Origin: Camelus dromedarius
Taxonomy: Eukaryota
Reading direction: 5' to 3'
Assembly: GCF_036321535.1 (NCBI RefSeq)
Contig: NC_087436.1
Location: 682,001 to 746,000, forward strand
DNA: 64,000 nt
Shown here: positions 11,311 through 25,739 of the stretch, piece after piece
Numbering within the stretch: position 1 is the first letter of the stretch
Layout of the letters: each line of letters opens with the position of its first letter
The notes under the pieces: generated by a model
The model's database searches: none
What the model was told of the DNA's origin: nothing
What the model saw: only the letters and a program-made list of their open reading frames with translations
Made by a program: the position numbers and the translations under genes

Positions 11311-13938
11311 CCAAGGAAACGGGTTGCAGGAGACACTTTTTCACTGCTTTCTCAGTCTGTTTCCTAGTGCCGGTTTGAAGTTCCTGCAGTTTTCACTGTC
11401 AAACCGTGTTGGAGCTAGTACCTCCCCATATATATGTATGGAATGGAGTTGGCAACAGAAAAGAAACTTTGTGTTCCAAACAAGCTAGTTGAAGGACGGC
11501 TTTCACACACACATATCTCTCAGAACTGAGCAAGTGGAGAGACGTTCGTTCATCTAGCACCAAGGGAACGGGTTGCAGGAGACACTTTTTCTCTGCTTCC
11601 TCAGTCTGTTTCCTAGTGCCGGTTTGAAGTTCCTGCAGTTTTCACTGTAAAACCGAGTTGGAGCTTGTACCTCCCCATATATATGTATGGAATGGAGTTT
11701 GCAACTGAAAAGAAACTTTGTGTTCCCAACAAGCTAGTTGAAGGACGGCTTTCACACACACATATCTCTCAGAACTGAGCAAGTGGAGAGACGTTCGTTC
11801 ATCTAGCACCAAGGGAACGGGTTGCAGGAGACACTTTTTCTCTGCTTCCTCAGTCTGTTTCCTAGTGCCGGTTTGAAGTTCCTGCAGTTTTCACTGTAAA
11901 ACCGAGTTGGAGCTTGTACCTCCCCATATATATGTATGGAATGGAGTTTGCAACTGAAAAGAAACTTTGTGTTCCCAACAAGCTAGTTGAAGGACGGCTT
12001 TCACACACACTTATCTCTCAGAACAGAGCAAGTGGAGAGACGTTCGTTCATCTAGCACCAAGGGAACGGGTTGCAGGGGACACTTTTTCTCTGCTATCTC
12101 AGTCTGTTTCCTAGTGCCGGTTAGAAGTTCCTGCAGCTTTCATTGTCAAACCGATTTGGAGCTAGTATCTCCCCATATATATGTATGGAATGGAGTTTAC
12201 AACTGAAAAGAAACTTTGTGTTCCCAACAAGCTTGGTGAAGAGCGGCTTTCACACACACTTATCTCTCAGAACTGAGCAAGTGGAGAGACGTTCGTTCAT
12301 CTAGCACCAAGGGAACGGGTTGCAGGAGACACTTTTTCTCTGTTTTCTCAGTCTGTTTCCTAGTGCCGGTTTGAAGTTCCTGCAGTTTTCACTGTGAAAC
12401 ACAGTTGGAGCTTCTACCTCCCCATATATATGTATGGAATGGAGTTTGCAACTGAAAAGAAACTTTGTGTTCCCAACAAGCAAGGTGAAGGACGGCTTTC
12501 ACACACACTTATCTCGCAGAACTGAGCAAGTGGAGAGACGTTCGTTCATCTAGCACCAAGGGAACGGGTTGCAGGAGACACTTTTTCTCTGCTTTCTCAG
12601 TCTGTTTCCTAGTGCCGGTTTGAAGTTCCTGCAGTTTTCACTGTAAATCCGAGTTGGAGCTTGTACCTCCCCGTATATATGTATGGAATGGAGTTTGCAA
12701 CTGAAAAGAAACTTTGTGTTCCCAACAAGCTAGGTGAAGGACGGCTTTCACACACATTTATCTCTCAGAACTGAACAAGTGGATAGACGTTCGTTCATGT
12801 AGCACCAAGGGAACGGGTTGCAGGAGACACTTTTTCTCTGCTTTCTCAGTCTGTTTCCTAGTGCCGGTTTGAAGTTCCTGCAGTTTTCATTGTCAAACCG
12901 ATTTGGAGCTAGTATCTCCCCTTATATATGTATGGAATGGAGTTTACAACTGAAAAGAAACTTTGTGTTCCCAACAAGCTTGGTGAAGAGCGGCTTTCAC
13001 ACACACTTATCTCTCAGAACTGAGCAAGTGGAGAGAAGTTCGTTCATCCAGCACCAAGGGAACGGGTTGCAGGAGACACTTTTTCTCTGCTTTCTCAGTC
13101 TGTTTCCTAGTGCCGGTTTGAAGTTCCTGCAGTTATCACTGTCAAACCGTGTTGGAGCTAGTACCTCCCCATATATATGTATGGAATGGAGTTTGCAACT
13201 GAAAAGAAACTTTGTGTTCCCAACAAGCTAGGTGAAGGACGGCTTTCACACACACTTATCTCTCAGAACTGAGCAAGTGGAGAGACGTTCGTTCATCTAG
13301 CACCAAGGGAACGGTTTGCAGGAGACACTTTTTCTCTGTTTTCTCAGTCTGTTTCCTAGTGCCGGTTTGAAGTTCCTGCAGATTTCACTGTGAAACCCAG
13401 TTGGAGCTTCTACCTCCCCATATATATGTATGGAATGGAGTTTGCAACTGAAAAGAAACTTTGTGTTCCCAACAAGCAAGGTGAAGGACGGCTTTCACTC
13501 ACATTTATCTCTCAGAACTGAGCAAGTGGAGAGACGTTCGTTCATGTAGCACCAAGGGAACGGGTAGCAGGAGACACTATTTCTCTGCTTTCTCAGTCTG
13601 TTTCCTAGTGCCGGTTAGAAGTTCCTACAGTTTTCACTGTCAAACCGTGTTGGAGCTAGTACCTCCCCATATATATGTATGGAATGGAGTTTGCAACTGA
13701 AAAGAAACTTTGTGTTCCCAACAAGCTAGGTGAAGGACGGCTTTCACACACATTTATCTCTCAGAACTGAACAAGTGGATAGACGTTCGTTCATGTAGCA
13801 CCAAGGGAACGGGTAGCAGGAGACACTATTTCTCTGCTTTCTCAGTCTGTTTCCTAGTGCCGGTTAGAAGTTCCTACAGTTTTCACTGTCAAACCGTGTT
13901 GGAGCTAGTACCTCCCCATATATATGTATGGAATGGAG

Positions 13939-16900
13939 TTTGCAACTGAAAAGAAACTTTGTGTTCCCAACAAGCTAGGTGAAGGACGGCTTTCACACAC
14001 ATTTATCTCTCAGAACTGAACAAGTGGATAGACGTTCGTTCATGTAGCACCAAGGGAACGGGTTGCAGGAGACACTTTTTCTCTGCTTTCTCAGTCTGTT
14101 TCCTAGTGCCGGTTTGAAGTTCCTGCAGTTTTCATTGTCAAACCGATTTGGAGCTAGTATCTCCCCTTATATATGTATGGAATGGAGTTTACAACTGAAA
14201 AGAAACTTTGTGTTCCCAACAAGCTTGGTGAAGAGCGGCTTTCACACACACTTATCTCTCAGAACTGAGCAAGTGGAGAGAAGTTCGTTCATCCAGCACC
14301 AAGGGAACGGGTTGCAGGAGACACTTTTTCTCTGCTTTCTCAGTCTGTTTCCTAGTGCCGGTTTGAAGTTCCTGCAGTTATCACTGTCAAACCGTGTTGG
14401 AGCTAGTACCTCCCCATATATATGTATGGAATGGAGTTTGCAACTGAAAAGAAACTTTGTGTTCCCAACAAGCTAGGTGAAGGACGGCTTTCACACACAC
14501 TTATCTCTCAGAACTGAGCAAGTGGAGAGACGTTCGTTCATCTAGCACTAAGGGAACGGTTTGCAGGAGACACTTTTTCTCTGTTTTCTCAGTCTGTTTC
14601 CTAGTGCCGGTTTGAAGTTCCTGCAGATTTCACTGTGAAACCCAGTTGGAGCTTCTACCTCCCCATATATATGTATGGAATGGAGTTTGCAACTGAAAAG
14701 AAACTTTGTGTTCCCAACAAGCAAGGTGAAGGACGGCTTTCACACACACTTATCTCTCAGAACTGAGCAAGTGGAGAGACGTTCGTTCATCTAGCACCAA
14801 GGGAACGGGTTGCAGGAGACACTTTTTCTCTGCTTTCTCAGTCTGTTTCCTAGTGCCGGTTTGAAGTTCCTGCAGTTTTCACTGTCAATCCGAGTTGGAG
14901 CTAGTACCTCCCCGTATATATGTATGGAATGGAGTTTGCAACTGAAAAGAAACTTTGTGTTCCCAACAAGCTTGGTGAAGGACGGCTTTCACTCACATTT
15001 ATCTCTCAGAACTGAGCAAGTGGAGAGACGTTCGTTCATGTAGCACCAAGGGAACGGGTAGCAGGAGACACTATTTCTCTGCTTTCTCAGTCTGTTTCCT
15101 AGTGCCGGTTAGAAGTTCCTACAATTTTCACTGTCAAACCGTGTTGGAGCTAGTACCTCCCCATATATATGTATGGAATGGAGTTTGCAACTGAAAAGAA
15201 ACTTTGTGTTCCCAACAAGCTAGGTGAAGGACGGCTTTCACACACACTTATCTCTCAGAACTGAGCAAGTGGAGAGACGTTCGTTCATCTAGCACCAAGG
15301 GAACGGGATGCAGGAGACACTTTTTCTCTGATTTCTCAGTCTGTTTCCTAGTGCCGGTTTGAAGTTCCTGCAGTTTTCACTGTCAAACCGAGTTGGAGCT
15401 AGTACCTCCCCATATATATGTATGGATTGGAGTTGGCAACTGAAAAGAAACTTTGTGTTCCAAACAAGCTTGTTGAAGGACGGCTTTCACACACACATAT
15501 CTCTCAGAACTGAGCAAGTGGAGAGACGTTCGTTCATCTAGCACCAAGGGAACGGGTTGCAGGAGACACTTTTTCTCTGCTTCCTCAGTCTGTTTCCTAG
15601 TGCCGGTTTGAAGTTCCTGCAGTTTTCACTGTAAAACCGAGTTGGAGCTTGTACCTCCCCATATATATGTATGGAATGGAGTTTGCAACTGAAAAGAAAC
15701 TTTATGTTCCCAACAAGCTAGGTGAAGGACGGCTTTCACACACACTTATCTCTCAGAACTGAGCAAGTGGAGAGACGTTCGTTCATCTAGCACCAAGGGA
15801 ACGGGTTGCAGGAGAAACTTTTTCTCTGTTTTCTCAGTCTGTTTCCTAGTGCCGGTTTGAAGTTCCTGCAGTTTTCACTGTGAATTCGAGTTGGAGCTTC
15901 TAACTCCCCATATATATGTATGGAATGGAGTTTGCAACTGAAAAATAACTTTGTGTTCCCTACAAGCAAGGTGAAGGACGGCTTTCACACACACTTATCT
16001 TTCAGAACTGAGCAAGTGGAGAGACGTTCGTTCATCTAGCACCAAGGGAACGGGTTGCAGGAGACACTTTTTCTCTGCTTCCTCAGTCTGTTTCCTAGTG
16101 CCGGTTTGAAGTTCCTGCAGTTTTCTCTGTGAATTCGAGTTGGAGCTTCTACCTCCCCATATATATGTATGGAATGGAGTTTGCAACTGAAAAGTAACTT
16201 TGTGTTCCCTACAAGAAAGGTGAAGGACGGCTTTCACACACACTTAACTTTCAGAACTGAGCAAGTGGAGAGACGTTCGTTCATCTAGCACCAAGGGAAC
16301 GGGTTGCAGGAGACACTTTTTCTCTGCTTTCTCAGTCTGTTTCCTAGTGCCGGTATGAAGTTCCTGCAGTTTTCACTGTAATACCGTGTTGGAGTTTCTA
16401 CCGCCCCATATATATGTATGGAATGGAGTTTGCAACTGAAAAGAAACTTTGTGTTCCCAACAAGAAATGTGAAGGACGGCTTTCACACACACTTATCTCT
16501 CAGAACTGAGCAAGTGGAGAGACGTTCGTTCATCTAGCACCAAGGGAACGGGTTGCAGGAGACACTTTTTCTCTGCTTCCTCAGTCTGTTTCCTAGTGCC
16601 GGTTTGAAGTTCCTGCAGTTTTCACTGTAAAACCGAGTTGGAGCTTGTACCTCCCCATATATATGTATGGAATGGAGTTTGCAACTGAAAAGAAACTTTG
16701 TGTTCCCAACAAGCTAGGTGAAGGACGGCTTTCACACACACTTATCTCTCAGAACTGAGCAAGTGGAGAGACGTTCGTTCATCTAGCACCAAGGGAACGG
16801 GTTGCAGGAGACACTTTTTCTCTGTTTTCTCAGTCTGTTTCCTAGTGCCGGTTTGAAGTTCCTGCAGTTTTCACTGTGAATTCGAGTTGGAGCTTCTACC

Positions 16901-19900
16901 TCCCCATATATATGTATGGAATGGAGTTTGCAACTGAAAAGAAACTTTGTGTTCCCTACAAGCAAGGTGAAGGACGGCTTTCACACACACTTATCTCTCA
17001 GAACTGAGCAAGTGTAGAGACTTTCGTTCATCCAGCACCAAGGGAACGGGTTGCAGGGGACACTTTTTCTCTGCTTTCTCAGTCTGTTTCCTAGTGCCGG
17101 TTTGAAGTTCCTGCAGTTATCACTGTAAAACAGAGTTGGAGCTTCTACCTCCCCATATATACGAATGGAATGGAGTTTGCAACTGAAAAGAAACTTTGTG
17201 TTCCCAAAAAGCTAGGTGAAGGACGGCTTTCACACACACTTATCTCTCAGAACTGAGCAAGTGGAGAGACGTTCGTTCATCTAGCACCAAGGGAACGGGT
17301 TGCAGGAGACACTTTTTCTCTGTTTTCTCAGTCTGTTTCCTAGTGCCGGTTTGAAGTTCCTGCAGTTTTCACTGTGAAATCGAGTTGGAGCTTCTACCTC
17401 CCCATATATATGTATGGAATGGAGTTTGCAACTGAAAAGAAACTTTGTGTTCCCAACAAGCTAGGTGAAGGACGGCTTTCACACACACTTATCTCTCCGA
17501 AATGAGCAAGTGGAGAGACGTTCCTTCATCTAGCACCAAGTGAACGGGTTGCAGGTGACACTTTTTCTCTGCTTTCTCACTCTGTTTCCTAGTGCCGGTT
17601 TGATGTTCCTGCAGTTTTCACTGTCAAACCGAGTTGGAGCTAGTACCTCCCATATATATGTATGGAATGGAGTTTGCAACTGAAAAGAAACTTTGTGTTC
17701 CCAACAAGCTAGGTGAAGGACGGCTTTCACACACACTTATCTCTCAGAACAGAGCAAGTGGAGAGACGTTCGTTCATCTAGCACCAAGGGAACGGGTTGC
17801 AGGAGTCACTATTTCTCTGCTTTCTCAGTCTGTTTCCTAGTGCCGTTTTGAAGTTCCTGCAGTTTTCACTGTCAAACCGAGTTGGAGCTAGTACCTCCCC
17901 ATATATATGTATGGAATGGAGTTTGCAACTGAAAAGAAACTGTGTTCCCAACAAGCTAGGTGAAGGACGGCTTTCACACGCACATATCTCTCAGAACTGA
18001 GCAAGTGGAGAGACGTTCGTTCATCTAGCACCAAGGGAACGGGTTGCAGGAGACACTTTTTCTCTGCTTCCTCAGTCTGTTTCCTAGTGCCGGTTAGAAT
18101 TTCCTGCAGTTTTCACTGCAAAACCGAGTTGGAGCTTGTACCTCCCCATATATATGTATGGAATGGAGTTTGCAACTGAAAAGAAACTTTGTGTTCTCAA
18201 CAAGCTAGGTGAAGGACGGCTTTCACACGCACATATTTCTCAGAACTGAGCAAGTGGAGAGACGTTCGTTCATCTAGCACCAAGGGAACGGGTTGCAGGA
18301 GACCCTTTTTCTCTGCTTTCTCAGTCTGTTTCCTAGTGCCGGTTTGAAGTTCCTGCAGTTTTCACTGTAAACCCGTGTTGGAGTTTCTACCGCCCCATAT
18401 ATATGTATGGAATGGAGTTTGCAACTGAAAAGAAACTTTGTGTTCCCAACAAGCAAGGTGAAGGACGGCTTTCACACACACTTATCTCTCAGAACTGAGC
18501 AAGTGGAGAGACGTTCGTTCATCTAGCACCAAGGGAACGGGTTGGAGGAGACACTTTTTCTCTGCTTTATCAGTCTGTTTCCTAATGCCGGTTTGAAGTT
18601 CCTGCAGTTTTCACTGTCAAACCGTGTTGGAGCAAGTACCTCCCCATATATATGTATGGAATGGAGTTGGCAACAGAAAAGAAACTTTGTGTTCCAAACA
18701 AGCTAGTTGAAGGACGGCTTTCACACACACATATCTCTCAGAACTGAGCAAGTGGAGAGACGTTCGTTCATCTAGCACCAAGGGAACGGGTTGCAGGAGA
18801 CACTTTTTCTCTGCTTCCTCAGTCTGTTTCCTAGTGCCGGTTTGAAGTTCCTGCAGTTTTCACTGTAAAACCGAGTTGGAGCTTGTACCTCCCCATATAT
18901 ATGTATGGAATGGAGTTTGCAACTGAAAAGAAACTTTGTGTTCCCAACAAGCTAGGTGAAGGACGGCTTTCACACACACTTATCTCTCAGAACTGAGCAA
19001 GTGTAGAGACTTTCGTTCATCCAGCACCAAGGGAACGGGTTGCAGGAGACACTTTTTCTCTGCTTTCTCAGTCTGTTTCCTAGTGCCGGTTTGAAGTTCC
19101 TGCAGTTATCACTGTAAAACAGAGTTGGAGCTTCTACCTCCCCATATATACGTATGGAATGGAGTTTGCAACTGAAAAGAAACTTTGTGTTCCCAAAAAG
19201 CTAGGTGAAGGACGGCTTTCACACACACTTATCTCTCAGAACTGAGCAAGTGGAGAGACTTTCGTTCATCTAGCACCAAGGGAACGGGTTGCAGGAGACA
19301 CTTTTTCTCTGCTTCCTCAGTCTGTTTCCTAGTGCCGGTTTGAAGTTCCTGCAGTTTTCACTGTAAAACCGAGTTGGAGCTTGTACCTCCCCATATATAT
19401 GTATGGAATGGAGTTTGCAACTGAAAAGAAACTTTGTGTTCCCAACAAGATAGGTGAAGGACGGCTTTCACACACACTTATCTCTCAGAACTGAGCAAGT
19501 GTAGAGACTTTCGTTCATCCAGCACCAAGGGAACGGGTTGCAGGGGACACTTTTTCTCTGCTTTCTCAGTCTGTTTCCTAGTGCCGGTTTGAAGTTCCTG
19601 CAGTTATCACTGTAAAACAGAGTTGGAGCTTCTACCTCCCCATATATACGAATGGAATGGAGTTTGCAACTGAAAAGAAACTTTGTGTTCCCAAAAAGCT
19701 AGGTGAAGGACGGCTTTCACACACACTTATCTCTCAGAACTGAGCAAGTGGAGAGACGTTCGTTCATCTAGCACCAAGGGAACGGGTTGCAGGAGACACT
19801 TTTTCTCTGTTTTCTCAGTCTGTTTCCTAGTGCCGGTTTGAAGTTCCTGCAGTTTTCACTGTGAAATCGAGTTGGAGCTTCTACCTCCCCATATATATGT

Positions 19901-22768
19901 ATGGAATGGAGTTTGCAACTGAAAAGAAACTTTGTGTTCCCAACAAGCTAGGTGAAGGACGGCTTTCACACACACTTATCTCTCCGAAATGAGCAAGTGG
20001 AGAGACGTTCGTTCATCTAGCACCAAGTGAACGGGTTGCAGGTGACACTTTTTCTCTGCTTTCTCACTCTGTTTCCTAGTGCCGGTTTGATGTTCCTGCA
20101 GTTTTCACTGTCAAACCGAGTTGGAGCTAGTACCTCCCATATATATTTATGGAATGGAGTTTGCAACTGAAAAGAAACTTTGTGTTCCCAACAAGCTAGG
20201 TGTAGGACGGCTTTCACTCACACTTATCTCTCAGAACTGAGCAAGTGGAGAGACGTTCGTTCATGTAGCACCAAGGGAACGGGTTGCAGGAGACACATTT
20301 TCTCTGCTTTCTCAGTCTGTTTCCTAGTGCCGATTTGAAGTTCCTGCAGTTTTCACTGTAAAACCGAGTTGGAGCTAGTACCTCCCCATATATATGTATG
20401 GAATGGAGTTTGCAACTGAAAAGAAACTTTGTGTTCCCAACAAGCTAGGTGAAGGACGGCTTTCACACACACTTATTTCCCAGAACTGAGCAAGTGGAGA
20501 GACGTTCGTTCATCTAGCACCAAGGAAACGGGTTGCAGGAGACACTTTTTCTCTGCTTTCTCTGTCTGTTTCCTAGTGCCGGTATGAAGTTCCTGCAGTT
20601 TTCACTGTAAAACCGAGTTGGAGCTTGTACCTCCCCATATATATGTATGGAATGGAGTTTGCAACTGAAAAGAAACTTTGTGTTCCCAACAAGCTAGGTG
20701 AAGGACGGCTTTCACACACACTTATCTCTCAGAACTGAGCAAGTGGAGAGACGTTCGTTCATCTAGCACCAAGGGAACGGGTTGCAGGGGACACATTTTC
20801 TCTGCTTTCTCAGTCTGTTTCCTAGTGCCGGTTTGAAGTTCCTGCAGTTTTCACTGTCAAACCGAGTTGGAGCTTCTACCTCCCCATATATATGTATGGA
20901 ATGGAGATTGCAACTGAAAAGAAACTTTGTGTTCCCAACAAGATAGGTGAAGGACGGCTTTCACACACACTTATCTCTCAGAAATGAGCAAGTGGAGAGA
21001 CGTTCGTTCATCTAGCACCAAGGGAACGGGTTGCAGGAGACACTTTTTCTCTGCTTTCTCAGTCTGTTTCCTAGTGCCGGTTTGAAGTTCCTGCAGTTTT
21101 CACTGTCAAACCGAGTTGGAGCTAGTACCTCCCCATATATATGTATGGAATGGAGTTTGCAACTGAAAAGAAACTTTGTGTTCCCAACAAGCTAGGTGAA
21201 GGACGGCTTTCACACACACTTATCTCTCAGAACAGAGCAAGTGGAGAGACGTTCGTTCATCTAGCACCAAGGGAACGGGTTGCAGGAGTCACTTTTTCTC
21301 TGCTTTCTCAGTCTGTTTCCTAGTGCCGTTTTGAAGTTCCTGCAGTTTTCACTGTCAAACCGAGTTGGAGCTAGTACCTCCCCATATATATGTATGGAAT
21401 GGAGTTTGCAACTGAAAAGAAACTGTGTTCCCAACAAGCTAGGTGAAGGACGGCTTTCACACGCACATATCTCTCAGAACTGAGCAAGTGGAGAGACGTT
21501 CGTTCATCTAGCACCAAGGGAACGGGTTGCAGGAGACACTTTTTCTCTGCTTCCTCAGTCTGTTTCCTAGTGCCGGTTAGAATTTCCTGCAGTTTTCACT
21601 GCAAAACCGAGTTGGAGCTTGTACCTCCCCATATATATGTATGGAATGGAGTTTGCAACTGAAAAGAAACTTTGTGTTCTCAACAAGCTAGGTGAAGGAC
21701 GGCTTTCACACGCACATATTTCTCAGAACTGAGCAAGTGGAGAGACGTTCGTTCATCTAGCACCAAGGGAACGGGTTGCAGGAGACCCTTTTTCTCTGCT
21801 TTCTCAGTCTGTTTCCTAGTGCCGGTTTGAAGTTCCTGCAGTTTTCACTGTAAACCCGTGTTGGAGTTTCTACCGCCCCATATATATGTATGGAATGGAG
21901 TTTGCAACTGAAAAGAAACTTTGTGTTCCCAACAAGCAAGGTGAAGGACGGCTTTCACACACACTTATCTCTCAGAACTGAGCAAGTGGAGAGACGTTCG
22001 TTCATCTAGCACCAAGGGAACGGGTTGGAGGAGACACTTTTTCTCTGCTTTATCAGTCTGTTTCCTAATGCCGGTTTGAAGTTCCTGCAGTTTTCACTGT
22101 CAAACCGTGTTGGAGCAAGTACCTCCCCATATATATGTATGGAATGGAGTTGGCAACAGAAAAGAAACTTTGTGTTCCAAACAAGCTAGTTGAAGGACGG
22201 CTTTCACACACACATATCTCTCAGAACTGAGCAAGTGGAGAGACGTTCGTTCATCTAGCACCAAGGGAACGGGTTGCAGGAGACACTTTTTCTCTGCTTC
22301 CTCAGTCTGTTTCCTAGTGCCGGTTTGAAGTTCCTGCAGTTTTCACTGTAAAACCGAGTTGGAGCTTGTATCTCCCCATATATATGTATGGAATGGAGTT
22401 TGCAACTGAAAAGAAACTTTGTGTTCCCAACAAGCTAGGTGAAGGACGGCTTTCACACACACTTATCTCTCAGAACTGAGCAAGTGTAGAGACTTTCGTT
22501 CATCCAGCACCAAGGGAACGGGTTGCAGGGGACACTTTTTCTCTGCTTTCTCAGTCTGTTTCCTAGTGCCGGTTTGAAGTTCCTGCAGTTATCACTGTAA
22601 AACAGAGTTGGAGCTTCTACCTCCCCATATATACGAATGGAATGGAGTTTGCAACTGAAAAGAAACTTTGTGTTCCCAAAAAGCTAGGTGAAGGACGGCT
22701 TTCACACACACTTATCTCTCAGAACTGAGCAAGTGGAGAGACGTTCGTTCATCTAGCACCAAGGGAAC
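13939..22768. repeat. Copy 2 of the long near-identical block (partner 1-8830)
   Basis: Same variant order as 1-8830. The differences I noticed are 2399 vs 16337 and 4756-4761 vs 18694-18699. Confidence 0.93.
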
Positions 22769-24780
22769 GGGTTGCAGGAGACACTTTTTCTCTGTTTTCT
22801 CAGTCTGTTTCCTAGTGCCGGTTTGAAGTTCCTGCAGTTTTCACTGTGAAATCGAGTTGGAGCTTCTACCTCCCCATATATATGTATGGAATGGAGTTTG
22901 CAACTGAAAAGAAACTTTGTGTTCCCAAGAAGCTAGGTGAAGGACGGCTTTCACACACACTTATCTCTCCGAACTGAGCAAGTGGAGAGACGTTCGTTCA
23001 TCTAGCACCAAGTGAACGGGTTGCAGGTGACACTTTTTCTCTGCTTTCTCACTCTGTTTCCTAGTGCCGGTTTGATGTTCCTGCAGTTTTCACTGTCAAA
23101 CCGAGTTGGAGCTAGTACCTCCCATATATATGTATGGAATGGAGTTTGCAACTGAAAAGAAACTTTGTGTTCCCAACAAGCTAGGTGTAGGACGGCTTTC
23201 ACACACACTTATCTCTCAGAACTGAGCAAGTGGAGAGACGTTCGTTCATGTAGCACCAAGGGAACGGGTTGCAGGAGACACATTTTCTCTGCTTTCTCAG
23301 TCTGTTTCCTAGTGCCGATTTGAAGTTCCTGCAGTTTTCACTGTAAAACCGAGTTGGAGCTAGTACCTCCCCATATATATGTATGGAATGGAGTTTGCAA
23401 CTGAAAAGAAACTTTGTGTTCCCAACAAGCTAGGTGAAGGACGGCTTTCACACACACTTATTTCCCAGAACTGAGCAAGTGGAGAGACTTTCGTTCATCT
23501 AGCACCAAGGAAACGGGTTGCAGGAGACACTTTTTCTCTGCTTTCTCTGTCTGTTTCCTAGTGCCGGTATGAAGTTCCTGCAGTTTTCACTGTAAAACCG
23601 AGTTGGAGCTTGTACCTCCCCATATATATGTATGGAATGGAGTTTGCAACTGAAAAGAAACTTTGTGTTCCCAACAAGCTAGGTGAAGGACGGCTTTCAC
23701 ACACACTTATCTCTCAGAACTGAGCAAGTGGAGAGACGTTCGTTCATCTAGCACCAAGGGAACGGGTTGCAGGGGACACATTTTCTCTGCTTTCTCAGTC
23801 TGTTTCCTAGTGCCGGTTTGAAGTTCCTGCAGTTTTCACTGTCAAACCGAGTTGGAGCTTCTACCTCCCCATATATATGTATGGAATGGAGATTGCAACT
23901 GAAAAGAAACTTTGTGTTCCCAACAAGATAGGTGAAGGACGGCTTTCACACACACTTATCTCTCAGAAATGAGCAAGTGGAGAGACGTTCGTTCATCTAG
24001 CACCAAGGGAACGGGTTGCAGGAGACACTTTTTCTCTGCTTTCTCAGTCTGTTTCCTAGTGCCGGTTTGAAGTTCCTGCAGTTTTCACTGTCAAACCGAG
24101 TTGGAGCTAGTACCTCCCCATATATATGTATGGAATGGAGTTTGCAACTGAAAAGAAACTTTGTGTTCCCAACAAGCTAGGTGAAGGACGGCTTTCACAC
24201 ACACTTATCTCTCAGAACAGAGCAAGTGGAGAGACGTTCGTTCATCTAGCACCAAGGGAACGGGTTGCAGGAGTCACTTTTTCTCTGCTTTCTCAGTCTG
24301 TTTCCTAGTGCCGTTTTGAAGTTCCTGCAGTTTTCACTGTCAAACCGAGTTGGAGCTAGTACCTCCCCATATATATGTATGGAATGGAGTTTGCAACTGA
24401 AAAGAAACTGTGTTCCCAACAAGCTAGGTGAAGGACGGCTTTCACACGCACATATCTCTCAGAACTGAGCAAGTGGAGAGACGTTCGTTCATCTAGCACC
24501 AAGGGAACGGGTTGCAGGAGACACTTTTTCTCTGCTTCCTCAGTCTGTTTCCTAGTGCCGGTTAGAATTTCCTGCAGTTTTCACTGCAAAACCGAGTTGG
24601 AGCTTGTACCTCCCCATATATATGTATGGAATGGAGTTTGCAACTGAAAAGAAACTTTGTGTTCTCAACAAGCTAGGTGAAGGACGGCTTTCACACGCAC
24701 ATATTTCTCAGAACTGAGCAAGTGGAGAGACGTTCGTTCATCTAGCACCAAGGGAACGGGTTGCAGGAGACCCTTTTTCT
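20017..24780. repeat. 12-monomer higher-order repeat (2,985 bp), one full unit plus about 7 monomers; related units at 3592-8830 and 17530-20016
   Basis: Offset 2985 = 12 x 249 - 3 (20017/23002, 21141/24126, 21280/24265). Ordered diagnostic variants: agtgaac+ggtgac, ccgatt, aggaaa+ggtatg, gagatt, aacagag, gagtcac+2-bp deletion, ttagaattt, gagaccc, cctaat, tgtatc, acgaat, gtgaaatc. Confidence 0.88.
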
Positions 24781-25739
24781 CTGCTTCCTCAGTCTGTTTC
24801 CTAGTGCCGGTTTGAAGTTCCTGCAGTTTTCACTGTCAAACCGAGTTGGAGCTTCTACCTCCCCATATATATGTATGGAATGGAGTTTGCAACTGAAAAC
24901 AAACTTTGTGTTCCCAACAAACTAGGTGAAGGACGGCTTTCACACACAATTATCTCTCATAACTGAGCAAGTGGAGAGACGTTCGTTCATCTAGCACCAA
25001 GGAAACGGGTTGCAGGAGACACTTTTTCTCTGCTTTCTCAGTCTGTTTCCTAGTGCCGGTTTGAAGTTCCTGCAGTTTTCACTGTCAAACCGAGTTGGAG
25101 CTTGTACCTCCCCATATATATGTATGGAATGGAGTTTGCAACTGAAAAGAAACTTTGTGTTCCCAACAAGCTAGGTGAAGGACGGCTTTCACACACACTT
25201 ATCTCTCAGAACAGAGCAAGTGGAGAGACGTTCGTTCATCTAGCACCAAGGGAACGGGTTGCAGGAGACACTTTTTCTCTGCTTTCTCAGTCTGTTTCCT
25301 AGTGCCGGTTTGAAGTTCCTGCAGTTTTCACTGTAAAATCGAGTTGGAGCTAGGACCTCCCCATATATATGTATGGAATGGAGTTTACAACTGAAAAGAA
25401 ACTTTGTGTTCCCAACAAGCTAGGTGAAGGACGGCTTTCACACACACTTATCCCTCAGAACTGAGCAAGTGGAGAGACGTTCGTTCATCTAGCACCAAGG
25501 GAACGGGTTGCAGGAGACACTTTTTCTCTGCTTTCTCAGTCTGTTTCCTAGTGACGGTTTGAAGTTCCTTCAGTTTTCACTGTAAAACCGAGTTGGAGCT
25601 ATTACCTCCCAATATATATGTATGGAATGGGGTTTGCAACTGAAAAGAAACTTTGTGTTCCCAACAAGCTAGGTGAAGGACGGCTTTCACACACACTTAT
25701 CTCTCAGAACTGAGCAAGTGGAGAGACGTTCGTTCATCT

